IMG/VR virus record: IMGVR_UViG_3300008117_000001
Strand: one strand, 5' to 3'
Source of the DNA: a virus
DNA: 64,000 nt
In this document: piece by piece, positions 17,495 to 27,253 of the stretch
Position numbering within the stretch: position 1 is the stretch's first letter
Layout: each line of letters starts with the position of its first letter
Notes under the pieces: generated by a model
The model's database searches: none
What the model saw: only the letters and a program-made list of their open reading frames with translations
Told to the model about the DNA's origin: nothing
Made by a program: the position numbers and the translations under genes

Positions 17495-20400
17495 ATGGCA
17501 TGGTTTAAATATTTTAAGTCAGATGAAATTATTAATTCTGCAACACCTAATTATAATTATTCATACCCATATTGTAAAAGGGGAATCGCAAAGTTCACGC
17601 CAAGGGATACTCTTAGTGTTGGTTTCTGGTTATTTGCAAATATAAAAGATTTGAATATTAATACATATAAAAGTTCTACGCTGCAAACTTTACAAGATGC
17701 TAATTCCTATATTGTGGTGTATGAAAAAGGAACAGTACTCACTCCGGTTAAAACAGTTATAGAGGGTGACTATATTTATTTCCAAACGGCAGAAGAACAT
17801 CCTGTTGCGACAGAAATACAGGGTTCATATTTCATATATTATGCAACACCAAACTTAAGAAAAATAAATGAAGTCGATAATGCGGGCACTGATGATTACC
17901 AAGTCAATTTGGCCCCAGTTTGGGAATCAATCGAATTAAGTCCATTTATTTATGGTGATTTTTATTCTGATAGCGTTTCTGCTATTGGAACAGTTTATTC
18001 TATTTCTTCTGGATCATTACCAACAGGAATTTCCATTAATTCATCTACTGGTCAAATGACCGGAACAGTTACTTCGACGGGAACATATTCTTTTACAGTT
18101 CGAGCTACAACTGATGATGGAAAATATTACAATGAAGCATCATTTTCTGGAACAGTTTACGAATACCCAGAATGGGTAGATTCTACCTTGTCCAATATTG
18201 ATTATAATACATCCTATTCAAATTTGGTTTGGGCAGACGCTTATCCAGCTGTAACCTATTCAATTTCTTCTGGAGCTTTACCATCTGGAGTAACACTAAA
18301 TTCAACAACTGGCCTAGTTAGTGGTTTAAGTATAGATAGTGGTCCATACTCTTTTGTAATTAAAGCAGAAAATGACATTGGATCAGTTACTCAGTCTTTT
18401 TCTGGAACAGTGCAAACACCACCATCTTGGTCTGATCAAACACTCGGAATTGTCACAAAAGCTTCGGCATATAGTGATGGAGTTTCAGCTACTGGAACTA
18501 GTCCAATAACATATTCAGTTTACTCTGGCTCACTTCCTTCAAGTATTTCACTAAACACTTCGACAGGTGCCATTACTGGAACTACAGCTGCAAGTGGGTC
18601 TTATAGTTTTACAATTCGTGCAACAAACTCTTGGGGATATGTTGAAAAAGCTTTTAGTGGAACAATCTATGAAGCTCCAGCTTGGACTGATAGTTCAATT
18701 GCCAATATGATTTATGGTCAAGCTTATAGTGATGGAGTTACTGCTTCTGGCTACCCAGCTATTACATATTCTGTTTCTGCTGGCGCACTACCATCAGGCA
18801 TTACCTTGGATAGTTCTACTGGGGCAATAACCGGAACATCATCAACAGCTGGTTCATATAGCTTTACAGTCAAAGCAGAGAATGCTGCAGGTAATGTCAC
18901 CCAATTATTTACAGATGATTTATATGTTACTCCAGCTTGGACAGATAATACAATTGCTAACATTGAATATAATACTGCTTATTCAGATAGTGTTAATGCC
19001 ACAGGTTCACCAGTTTATAGTATAATTTCGGGCTCACTTCCAAGTGGGATAAATTTGAATTCTTCAAATGGCGCAGTTACAGGAACTGCAACCTATTATG
19101 GTGCGTATTCGTTTGTAATTGAAGCCGAAAATGAGACAGGCAATGTTACTCAATCTTTTAGCGGTTCAATAAATAAGGCTCCAACATGGATTGATGAAAC
19201 TTTAGCAGACGCAACTTTATCTACAGCATACTCTGACGGCATAACAGTAGCTGCATATCCTAGTGCAACATTTTCTGTTACATCTGGGTCTTTACCAAGT
19301 GGACTTTCTTTAAATTCTTCAACTGGAGTGATAACAGGTACTCCATCATCTGCTGGCACCAGTGCTTTTACTATAGCAGCCACTAATACAATTGGCAGCA
19401 TAAGCAAAAGTTTCAACTTTAACGTAAATGCCGCTCCAGCATGGACTGACGAAACACTGACAACTCCAACATACAATACAGCATATAGTAATTCGGTTAT
19501 TGCGTCAGGGTATCCTGCAGCAGTATATTCTATTAGTAGTGGATCTCTACCTACAGGTTTTTCTTTGAATACTTCAACAGGTGAAATATCTGGAACATAT
19601 ACAACTCCGGTTAACGATTCATCTTTTTCTTATACCTTTACTGTTAAAGCGGAAAACTCTCAGGGCAATATCACTAAAGAGTTTACTTGGAGCATTACAA
19701 TTCCATTTACTGTATCAGGTGGAACTTCATATTCTGCTGGATCGGGTTATACAGGTAGATATTTTACTTCAAATGGAAATTTTCAAATATTAACCGGTAA
19801 AAAAAATGTTGAAATATTAGTTATTTCTGGTGGATCAGGTGGTGGCGGAGGTGCGCATTCACTAGATTGGTACGGCACTGGTGATGTTTGGGCCCCTGGT
19901 GGTGGCGGAGCTGCTGGAAATATAGTAAATCAGACACTTTCTAATATGACTGTAGGCACCTATGCTGTTGCTGTTGGGGCTGGCGGAGCTGGTGGAGATA
20001 GAAGCTATGTGCAAACCCCATATGAAAGCTATTCTCCATATACTGCGGTAGGATCATCTGGATCATCTGGTGGTTCATCAAGTTTTACAGTAGTTTCTGG
20101 CTCAGATGTTAGAACAGCGTCTGGTCCTTCTGGTGGGGGTAGCGGGTCTGCAAGATCTGGCGGTTATAGTCCATGGGGTCCATATTATAGTTATCTAGCA
20201 GACGGTGGAAATGGCGCAAGTAATTCTAGTTACTCTGGTGCAGCAGGCCCATTTTACGATAATACAATAGCAGCTGGTGGTGGAGGAGCAGGAGCCGGAG
20301 GAAATGGTGGCTCTCCTCCAAACTATTATACAGGCGGTTCTGCAGGAGCTTCAACATTTTTGATGAATATTACATTTGGATATGGTGGCGGTGGCGGAAA

Positions 20401-20533
20401 CTGGAACTCAAGGCAAGGGTCATATTCTTACCCTGGTTCTGGTGGTGCAGGTGGATCGGGAGCAAACGATGCTACTTATGGTCCAGGTTATACTGGTTAT
20501 GCTGGTGCAGTTTACGTAAGGTGGGTAACATGA
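17495..20533 (+). CDS. Fibre protein with 7 tandem putative Ig (He_PIG-like) domains and Gly-rich C-terminal domain
   Basis: Seven ~84-aa repeats PxW.D.TL...YSD...YSI.SG.LP.G..LN..TG.I.GT; GGGGG-rich tail. Confidence 0.85.
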   Translation: MAWFKYFKSDEIINSATPNYNYSYPYCKRGIAKFTPRDTLSVGFWLFANIKDLNINTYKSSTLQTLQDANSYIVVYEKGTVLTPVKTVIEGDYIYFQTAEEHPVATEIQGSYFIYYATPNLRKINEVDNAGTDDYQVNLAPVWESIELSPFIYGDFYSDSVSAIGTVYSISSGSLPTGISINSSTGQMTGTVTSTGTYSFTVRATTDDGKYYNEASFSGTVYEYPEWVDSTLSNIDYNTSYSNLVWADAYPAVTYSISSGALPSGVTLNSTTGLVSGLSIDSGPYSFVIKAENDIGSVTQSFSGTVQTPPSWSDQTLGIVTKASAYSDGVSATGTSPITYSVYSGSLPSSISLNTSTGAITGTTAASGSYSFTIRATNSWGYVEKAFSGTIYEAPAWTDSSIANMIYGQAYSDGVTASGYPAITYSVSAGALPSGITLDSSTGAITGTSSTAGSYSFTVKAENAAGNVTQLFTDDLYVTPAWTDNTIANIEYNTAYSDSVNATGSPVYSIISGSLPSGINLNSSNGAVTGTATYYGAYSFVIEAENETGNVTQSFSGSINKAPTWIDETLADATLSTAYSDGITVAAYPSATFSVTSGSLPSGLSLNSSTGVITGTPSSAGTSAFTIAATNTIGSISKSFNFNVNAAPAWTDETLTTPTYNTAYSNSVIASGYPAAVYSISSGSLPTGFSLNTSTGEISGTYTTPVNDSSFSYTFTVKAENSQGNITKEFTWSITIPFTVSGGTSYSAGSGYTGRYFTSNGNFQILTGKKNVEILVISGGSGGGGGAHSLDWYGTGDVWAPGGGGAAGNIVNQTLSNMTVGTYAVAVGAGGAGGDRSYVQTPYESYSPYTAVGSSGSSGGSSSFTVVSGSDVRTASGPSGGGSGSARSGGYSPWGPYYSYLADGGNGASNSSYSGAAGPFYDNTIAAGGGGAGAGGNGGSPPNYYTGGSAGASTFLMNITFGYGGGGGNWNSRQGSYSYPGSGGAGGSGANDATYGPGYTGYAGAVYVRWVT

Positions 20534-21045
20534 GTCATTGGGCACAAATAGATGAAAATAATATTGTAATTAGTGTACTTGTTGGTGATAATAATCATGA
20601 TGACGAAGGTTATCAATGGCTGGTTGATAATATTGGTGGACGATGGATAAAAACATCCATTAATACATATGCTGGTATTCATTTACAGGGCAAGCAACCA
20701 CTTCGAAAAAACTATGCTGGTATCGGATATTCATACAATGAAGATATAGATGCGTTTGTGCCACCAAAACCACAAGATAATCCTTCATTTATAATAAATC
20801 CAGAAACCGGACTTTGGAAACCCCCAATAGACATTCCCGATACTATAAATCAGTACATATGGGATGAAAAATCAATTTCCTGGATTCTTGTACGGCAACC
20901 ATTTCCATCTTGGCAATTAGTTAATCAAAAATGGACACCTCCAATTTCATATCCTAATGATAATAAATCTTATACATGGAATGAAGAAACAATGTCCTGG
21001 GTGCAGATTGAGCCTTTATTAGAGCAAGAAGGTGAACCAGAATGA
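20521..21045 (+). CDS. Trp/Pro-rich fibre-associated protein (assembly chaperone-like)
   Basis: HWAQIDENNIV...RKNYAGIGY...DAFVPP, repeated W..P units; a type commonly found after Gly-rich fibre genes. Confidence 0.65.
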   Translation: MGNMSHWAQIDENNIVISVLVGDNNHDDEGYQWLVDNIGGRWIKTSINTYAGIHLQGKQPLRKNYAGIGYSYNEDIDAFVPPKPQDNPSFIINPETGLWKPPIDIPDTINQYIWDEKSISWILVRQPFPSWQLVNQKWTPPISYPNDNKSYTWNEETMSWVQIEPLLEQEGEPE

Positions 21046-21572
21046 CAGTAACATATTCTAATCCTTATTATGGATTTTATTCTAATGTTGACACAGATCA
21101 ATATCTAGTAGATTTAAATTCATCTTCAAGTTATAACTTTTCATTCATTAACTCTATGACAGATTGGGATAATGGGCTATCGAATAAGCCTGGATCAAAG
21201 CTTTATATGAATTTTTCTGGACCAAAGTTTACACTGTATGGTTCTAAGGGTATTAATTATGGAAAGTTTAGAATTAAGTTTACAGCTTTACAAAATGGCG
21301 AAAGTTCAGCAGTCATAGATCTAGATTGGCAGACTATCGACTGTTTCTCCTCTAGTCAAATAGATAATATTAATTTATTTTCTAAAAATGATTTCCAAGA
21401 AAGAGATTATGTAGCCGAGCTAGAGTTATTGTATGACAAAAACATATCCTCTAGAGGTAATAATATTAAAATATCTTCTTACTCTTTTAGTTATAATGTT
21501 TACCTTAAAGTTGGAAGTGAAATAATAAATCAAACAGATAATAGTTTTGCAAAGATTGGTGGAGTTAGATAA
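21042..21572 (+). CDS. Structural protein, beta-sandwich (carbohydrate-binding-like)
   Basis: FSGPKFTLYGSKGINYGKFRI pattern; coupled genes. Confidence 0.55.
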   Translation: MTVTYSNPYYGFYSNVDTDQYLVDLNSSSSYNFSFINSMTDWDNGLSNKPGSKLYMNFSGPKFTLYGSKGINYGKFRIKFTALQNGESSAVIDLDWQTIDCFSSSQIDNINLFSKNDFQERDYVAELELLYDKNISSRGNNIKISSYSFSYNVYLKVGSEIINQTDNSFAKIGGVR

Positions 21573-23950
21573 TGGCTATTATACCTGTAAATATAGAAAA
21601 TCTAAAACCAAATAAAGAATATATCGTTACGGTTAGAAGCAAGAACAATGATGTTAATGTCGTTTCTCCTTACACTGATTCTGTAAGATTTTCCACTCCA
21701 ACAGATTCGACTATTCCAGGTGCTCCAACAAATTTAGTTTTAGCAGCGTCATTCTTAAATGTATTATTTAAGTATACAGACAGTATTGACGAAGATGCCG
21801 CAAAATATGAGTATGAATTATATAAACAAGATCAAGTAGAACTAATCAGCGCACAGTATCAAGTTATTTCTGGCGAAACACCACATAGAACTGGATATGT
21901 TCAAACAAATGTTTTTGTCGTTTCAGTAGATGATAACAGCACAACAACAAGTACCTCTTCCACAACTAATCCCGTTAAGTATTATGGAAGAGTAAGGACA
22001 ATTGATACAGCTGGCAATATTAGCGGATGGACATCTATAGTTGCATCTGGCGATACTCCACTGATTGACGAAGAGTTCATAGGTTCATTGACGGCAGGAA
22101 AAATAACTGCCGGGACAATTGGCGCACATGAAATAATATTAACTCAACCCGGAACTGCAACAACAATCACCAGTCCTGATAATAAAGCTATTTTAAGATC
22201 TTCAGATTATAACGGTTCTTATAATAATACGACAGACACATGGACTAGTGGAACAGCTGGTTGGATTATTTCTGGAGACGGACGCGCAGAGTTTAATAAT
22301 GCAACAATACGTGGAACGTTGCAATTTATAGACGGTTCTGCACCTGGATCAATTTTTTATGGGGCCACACAACCATCTATTCCTAGTCCATTTACCGCAA
22401 AATTAATTTCAGCAATATCAGGAAATGGAACATCGGTTACATATACTACTGGGACAACAGCTCATGGTTTATCTGTCGGTAAAATAGTATCATTAAATAA
22501 CGTTGTTCCAAGTCAGTATAATTTAAAAAATCAATATGTTACCGCGGTAACAACATATACATTTACTGTCACTAGTTCCGCCACTGGAACATTTAATCCA
22601 ATTTATTCTGTTGGAGCAGAAGTTGTGGCAGGTCAAATACCAGAATTTTCAATTTGGTATAACTCAACTAGTGGCGATAATAGATCTTACATTTATGGCT
22701 CAAGTGCATGGAATCAAAGCTTAGGTAATGTTTCTAATTTAAGTCCCCAAAACCAAACGCAAACTGGATTAATTGCTGGAACAACAATAACTGGCGGAGG
22801 AATAACGTTGAGTTCTGGAGGAAATATTAAAGGAGGACAAACAGCTTATGACACTGGAACGGGATTTTTCTTAGGGTATTCAGGGGCAGCATACAAGTTT
22901 TCCATAGGCAATTCCGCAGGCAATAAATTGACATGGGATGGAGCTAGCCTTTCTGTGACTGGAGCTATCAATGCAACTTCCGGAACATTTAGTGGGACAA
23001 TAACTGCTAGCGGAACAATCTCTGGAGGAACGATAACTGGTGCAACTATTAGTGGTTCAACTCTCACAACAGCTTCAACTGGAAATAGGGTTCATATCAA
23101 TACTAATGATATAACATTATATTATAACGGCAATGACGTTAGTAACATCAATTTTTCAGGTAGTACAATATATAGTAATTCTATAGTTTCCGATGGAACA
23201 ATTAGAATGAGGGGGTATTCAAGTAGTGGTGAAGTTAGAGTTGGCCTTAGGCCAGATTTAGATCCTGGAACATATATTTATGGATCTTATGGAACTGTTA
23301 TACAAGGTAATCAAGAATCTACTCTTGCTAAGTATTCTCACCTATCTGTTACAGGTGTTAATCAATGTAACTTTGCTTTGCGGTGTTATAACACTCATAT
23401 ACAACTTAGGACAGCTGACAATGACGCAACCCTTTATATCAGAAGAGCTAATGATACTGCATATGCAAATATGGCATTAGGAACTATGTCAGTAAACGGA
23501 AATGGTATTTCATATAATGGACTAACTGGCTGGGGAGGAACAGCGAATCAAATGGGCATGACATGGATTAGTGCTTTTGGTTCCATAATGGGTCACGTAG
23601 ATAATGCTAACTCTATCGTATTAGGAACGACATCGGACAGAAGATTAAAGGGGAACATTGCATCTACAAATACTGGATTATCAATCATTAATAATTTAAA
23701 TACAGTATCTTATAATCCTTTAAAAGTTTCAAGTTTTGAAGATGGAAAACCAATTGTAGATGGAATCCATGATGAAGTTACAATTATTGGTTTAATAGCA
23801 GATGAAGTTGAATTAGTTGCACCATGGCTGGTATCTGGAGATTTGTCAAAAGGGCAACTACAAAGCGTGAATTACGCGCTAATTACCCCGCTACTTATTA
23901 ATGCCGTTAAAGAACTTTCCTCTAGAGTAGAGAGTTTAGAAAATAAGTGA
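21572..23950 (+). CDS. Tail fibre/spike with FN3-like N-terminus and C-terminal peptidase S74 autochaperone
   Basis: PGAPTNL...YYGRVRTIDTAGNISGW; SDRRLKGNI...GLIADEV...VNYALITPLLINAVKELSSRVESLE. Confidence 0.85.
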   Translation: MAIIPVNIENLKPNKEYIVTVRSKNNDVNVVSPYTDSVRFSTPTDSTIPGAPTNLVLAASFLNVLFKYTDSIDEDAAKYEYELYKQDQVELISAQYQVISGETPHRTGYVQTNVFVVSVDDNSTTTSTSSTTNPVKYYGRVRTIDTAGNISGWTSIVASGDTPLIDEEFIGSLTAGKITAGTIGAHEIILTQPGTATTITSPDNKAILRSSDYNGSYNNTTDTWTSGTAGWIISGDGRAEFNNATIRGTLQFIDGSAPGSIFYGATQPSIPSPFTAKLISAISGNGTSVTYTTGTTAHGLSVGKIVSLNNVVPSQYNLKNQYVTAVTTYTFTVTSSATGTFNPIYSVGAEVVAGQIPEFSIWYNSTSGDNRSYIYGSSAWNQSLGNVSNLSPQNQTQTGLIAGTTITGGGITLSSGGNIKGGQTAYDTGTGFFLGYSGAAYKFSIGNSAGNKLTWDGASLSVTGAINATSGTFSGTITASGTISGGTITGATISGSTLTTASTGNRVHINTNDITLYYNGNDVSNINFSGSTIYSNSIVSDGTIRMRGYSSSGEVRVGLRPDLDPGTYIYGSYGTVIQGNQESTLAKYSHLSVTGVNQCNFALRCYNTHIQLRTADNDATLYIRRANDTAYANMALGTMSVNGNGISYNGLTGWGGTANQMGMTWISAFGSIMGHVDNANSIVLGTTSDRRLKGNIASTNTGLSIINNLNTVSYNPLKVSSFEDGKPIVDGIHDEVTIIGLIADEVELVAPWLVSGDLSKGQLQSVNYALITPLLINAVKELSSRVESLENK

Positions 23951-23956
23951 TATAAT
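23948..23956 (+). promoter_or_regulatory. Extended -10 promoter (TGATATAAT)
   Basis: Intergenic, upstream of AAGGAG RBS and ORF 23980. Confidence 0.6.
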
Positions 23957-23979
23957 AGACTCCTATTTAAGGAGAAAAA

Positions 23980-24162
23980 ATGAACAATGATCTTGATATT
24001 AATATATTAGTTCAAACCTTTAATGAGCGAATGGCCCAAATGATGACAGAGATTGTTATTAAGGAAGCCACCATTAAGCAGTTATCTGCTCAGATTGAGC
24101 AATTAACCGCACAACAAAAAACAGTAAAAACAACAAAAACAAAAACAGATGAATTTGAGTGA
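23980..24162 (+). CDS. Small coiled-coil protein (60 aa)
   Basis: AAGGAG RBS; heptad-like pattern. Confidence 0.75.
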   Translation: MNNDLDINILVQTFNERMAQMMTEIVIKEATIKQLSAQIEQLTAQQKTVKTTKTKTDEFE

Positions 24163-24172
24163 GGTAAATAAA

Positions 24173-24364
24173 ATGTCAGATGTAATTGATGTAAATGAAG
24201 CAGTTGAAGCAAAAAAGGAATTCACCATCGAGATTAAGATCTCAGATGCAAATTTGCAGTATAAGAGCGATTTCAATGAAGCTGAAACAGTGTTTTGGAT
24301 GGAGTCTGTCAAAACGCTTATTCTAAATAACGCGTTTGCTAGATCGCAGCAATCTGGTCAGTAA
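24173..24364 (+). CDS. Small hypothetical protein (63 aa; start revised from 24149)
   Basis: GAGGT RBS precedes ATG 24173. Confidence 0.7.
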   Translation: MSDVIDVNEAVEAKKEFTIEIKISDANLQYKSDFNEAETVFWMESVKTLILNNAFARSQQSGQ

Positions 24365-24388
24365 CTTATAAAAAAAAATCCATAAGGC

Positions 24389-24402
24389 TACTATTATGAT
24401 AG
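24389..24402 (+). promoter_or_regulatory. Candidate phage late-promoter motif TACTATTA (CTAT-N4-ATAG)
   Basis: 27 nt upstream of portal ATG; recurs before other structural genes. Confidence 0.6.
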
Positions 24403-24423
24403 CTTTTATATTGGAGAAGATAA

Positions 24424-26088
24424 ATGGCAGTTCTCGATTTTTTGCCTTTTCGGCAAGTTGATAAAAAGAATAATATTGTAGCAAAAGCTCTTAAACCAGA
24501 AGAAATTAAATCTGTAAGCAAAGCGATGAAAGTCGCTGCCCTTGCACTTGGTTTTCAGGGCAATACATACTATTATAACAATAGAGCTACATTTGAACCT
24601 TCTCCCTATGACTTTGATCGTATTATGCAAGCTGCAGATACAGATTCTTACGTTAAACAGGCAATAAATAAATATAAAGAATTGTTCTGGAAAGAAAGCT
24701 GGTCAATAGTCGGAGAAAATCCGGAAGCTGTATCTTATCTATATCAAAGAATAGATTACATGGAAATGGCCATGAAAAGGCCGTTCTTAGATTTTTTAAT
24801 CGAAATTACTGAACATATTGTAAAGTATGCGAATGTTTTTATAGTTAAGGCTAGAGGTGACATATCGGAATATTTTCCAACTCCAATATCAGGAGTAAAT
24901 GCACCGCAGCCTGTAGTGGGTTATTATTTAATTCCTACGGAACAAGTTAGAATTCTAAGAGATAAGTTTAATAGACCAAGATCTTATCAGCAGGCTACAG
25001 ACCCTCTGACCTACATGCCATCAGAACGAGATCCGGTATGGTCAGCTGATCGTGTTATTCATATGTATTTGGATAAAAAGTCAGGTCGAGCTTTCGGTAC
25101 TCCGTTTCTAAGTTCTGTTCTAGATGATGTTGTTGCCCTTCGTCAGATTGAAGAAGATATCCAGAACCTTGTTCATAGAGAGCTTTTTCCATTATATAAA
25201 TACACCATAGGCACCGCAGACCAGCCAGCAGAGCCTCAGGAAATCTCTAACGCAGCATCTGAGATAGAATCCTTAAGAGCAGAGGGTGGCCTAATTCTTC
25301 CTTACAGACACAATATTGAAGTTATCGGTGCCAACAATAGTGCACTTGAAGCTTCACAATACCTGGAGCACTTTAAGGAAAGAGTTGCAGTTGGGCTTGG
25401 GGTTGCCCCTCATCACCTAGGTATGATGATGAATGGTGGAAACAGATCAGTGACTGATCGTCTAGACACTGCTTTGTATGATAAAGTTAAGCAGTATCAG
25501 AAGATAATGGCAGAAATGATTAGGGTTCATATTTTTAATGAACTTTTACTTGAAGGCGGATTTGACCCCGTAACTAATCCCTTGGAAGAAGGTTCTTCTG
25601 ACAGATGCTATTTCAAGTTTAACGAAATAGACGTTGATACTCAAGTTAAAAAAGAAACGCATGTTATACAAAAGTATGTTAATAATATTATTTCAATCAA
25701 AGAAGCAAGACTAGAACTTGGCATTAATCCTGATTATGAAGAAGATGAAATGTTTGCTGCCATACAGGGTAAAGTTCAAATAGATTTAGCAAAAAACCAA
25801 GCAGAACTAACAATGACAAAGTCGGCTCCTAAAGATGCTGTTATAGATGGCGATAAACAAGCTCCGGCACAAAAAGGTCAAAGAAACTTACCAAATCAAA
25901 GACGTGGCGTCGGAAATGCAACACGTCCAGCAAATCAGCAAGGTAGAAATACTTCACCAAATATCAGAAGATCAGACAATGCATGGTTGACATTAGTTGA
26001 AAATGCCCTTGAATCAGAGTATACTATAGTCTATACAAAAGAGGAAAAGGAAATTGATAATGTCGACAGATCTGACACTAAAGAATGA
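24424..26088 (+). CDS. Portal protein
   Basis: Position and size (554 aa); GRAFGTP...DDVVALRQIE, GVAPHHLG, ISIKEARLELG portal-type motifs. Confidence 0.88.
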   Translation: MAVLDFLPFRQVDKKNNIVAKALKPEEIKSVSKAMKVAALALGFQGNTYYYNNRATFEPSPYDFDRIMQAADTDSYVKQAINKYKELFWKESWSIVGENPEAVSYLYQRIDYMEMAMKRPFLDFLIEITEHIVKYANVFIVKARGDISEYFPTPISGVNAPQPVVGYYLIPTEQVRILRDKFNRPRSYQQATDPLTYMPSERDPVWSADRVIHMYLDKKSGRAFGTPFLSSVLDDVVALRQIEEDIQNLVHRELFPLYKYTIGTADQPAEPQEISNAASEIESLRAEGGLILPYRHNIEVIGANNSALEASQYLEHFKERVAVGLGVAPHHLGMMMNGGNRSVTDRLDTALYDKVKQYQKIMAEMIRVHIFNELLLEGGFDPVTNPLEEGSSDRCYFKFNEIDVDTQVKKETHVIQKYVNNIISIKEARLELGINPDYEEDEMFAAIQGKVQIDLAKNQAELTMTKSAPKDAVIDGDKQAPAQKGQRNLPNQRRGVGNATRPANQQGRNTSPNIRRSDNAWLTLVENALESEYTIVYTKEEKEIDNVDRSDTKE

Positions 26089-26401
26089 ACAGCTAATTTC
26101 TTATTTAGCAACAAATGATTCAATTCGCGCCTTAGAAAAAACAGTAGACAATGGTCAGTCTAGACTTGCTCTTCAGGTAGTTCTTGAAATTGTATCGGAG
26201 CTAACAGAAAGACTTTTTGCCCTAGAGGAAAAGGTTAATTCGGTTGAAGATGAGCCTGAGGAAATATTGGCCGCTAGCGAAGTAGTCATTGAAAGCCAGA
26301 CTCCTACAAAGTTAGAGTCTTCGGTAAAAGCTGAAAAGGATCAATCAAAGTCTGATGAAGCTGTAGCGACAAAGTCTGAGGAAATTAAAGCTTCTAAATG
26401 A
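26060..26401 (+). CDS. Acidic hypothetical protein
   Basis: AAGGA RBS before ATG 26060; coupled to downstream gene. Confidence 0.7.
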   Translation: MSTDLTLKNEQLISYLATNDSIRALEKTVDNGQSRLALQVVLEIVSELTERLFALEEKVNSVEDEPEEILAASEVVIESQTPTKLESSVKAEKDQSKSDEAVATKSEEIKASK

Positions 26402-27177
26402 AACTTCTAATAGGATGTCCAATGTACAAGAGATCTTGGATATTACCTCATTGGATTCGCTGTATCGTTAATCAGTCTCTTCCTATTGAAGATATTGGTT
26501 TTGTTTTTGAGGTTTCTCCAGATGATACTGAAACAATCCAATCTTTAGAGGCATGGAAAAAATACGATAATAGGATACCTTATTTCAATATAAAGATAAG
26601 AAAAGATATACCACACTTTCAGCATGAAAACAATGGAAGACAGTGGACATTGTCTAAGTATCAAAATATGGTTTCCTTAAGAAACTCTTTGCTCTCTACT
26701 GTTAGAGATGTTTCTCCAGAATACTACTTTAGCTTAGATTCTGATATATTATTAACAAATCCAAATACTTTAGAGCTGTTAATTGCACATATTAAGTCCG
26801 GTGCTGACGCAGTTAATCCTCTCATGTTCATGACTCCTTTCGGCACAATGTATCCGAGTGTGATGACATGGAGAGAGGGTATGACTAGAAAAGCATTTAG
26901 ACAGGAAAAGTATTCTCTTGGAACTTATTTTAAGTCTGACGTAATCATGGCTGCAAAAATGATGAACAAGAAAGTATATTCAAATATAGATTACAGTGTC
27001 CATGAGCAAGGTGAGGATGTAGGTTGGTCATGGGAGTGTAAAGAGGCTGGTTATAATTTATTCTGCGCTTCATACATCTATGCTCCACACATAATGTCTG
27101 AGTTAATGTATGGGTCATTTTTGAAGCACGGGGATGAAAGATCAGCGCTAATATTTGAAAACTATACTAAAGTGTGA
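26398..27177 (+). CDS. GT-A fold glycosyltransferase (family 2-like)
   Basis: KLLIGCP N-terminal strand, YYFSLDSDILL DxD motif, GEDVGW acceptor motif. Confidence 0.8.
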   Translation: MKLLIGCPMYKRSWILPHWIRCIVNQSLPIEDIGFVFEVSPDDTETIQSLEAWKKYDNRIPYFNIKIRKDIPHFQHENNGRQWTLSKYQNMVSLRNSLLSTVRDVSPEYYFSLDSDILLTNPNTLELLIAHIKSGADAVNPLMFMTPFGTMYPSVMTWREGMTRKAFRQEKYSLGTYFKSDVIMAAKMMNKKVYSNIDYSVHEQGEDVGWSWECKEAGYNLFCASYIYAPHIMSELMYGSFLKHGDERSALIFENYTKV

Positions 27178-27216
27178 TATATTTATATAAAATTGTTCAA
27201 TGTTATAAAAACAAAC

Positions 27217-27233
27217 TTACTATTAAAATAGAT
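27217..27233 (+). promoter_or_regulatory. Candidate late promoter TTACTATTAAAATAGAT
   Basis: Identical 17-mer at 30682-30698; 28 nt from octamer to protease ATG. Confidence 0.7.
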
Positions 27234-27253
27234 ATTAATAAATAGGGGAATAC

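Noticed and set aside
17900-19700. Repeated sequence as CRISPR array
   Set aside because: Repeats are ~250-nt in-frame protein domains, with no identical short repeats or spacers; no cas genes seen
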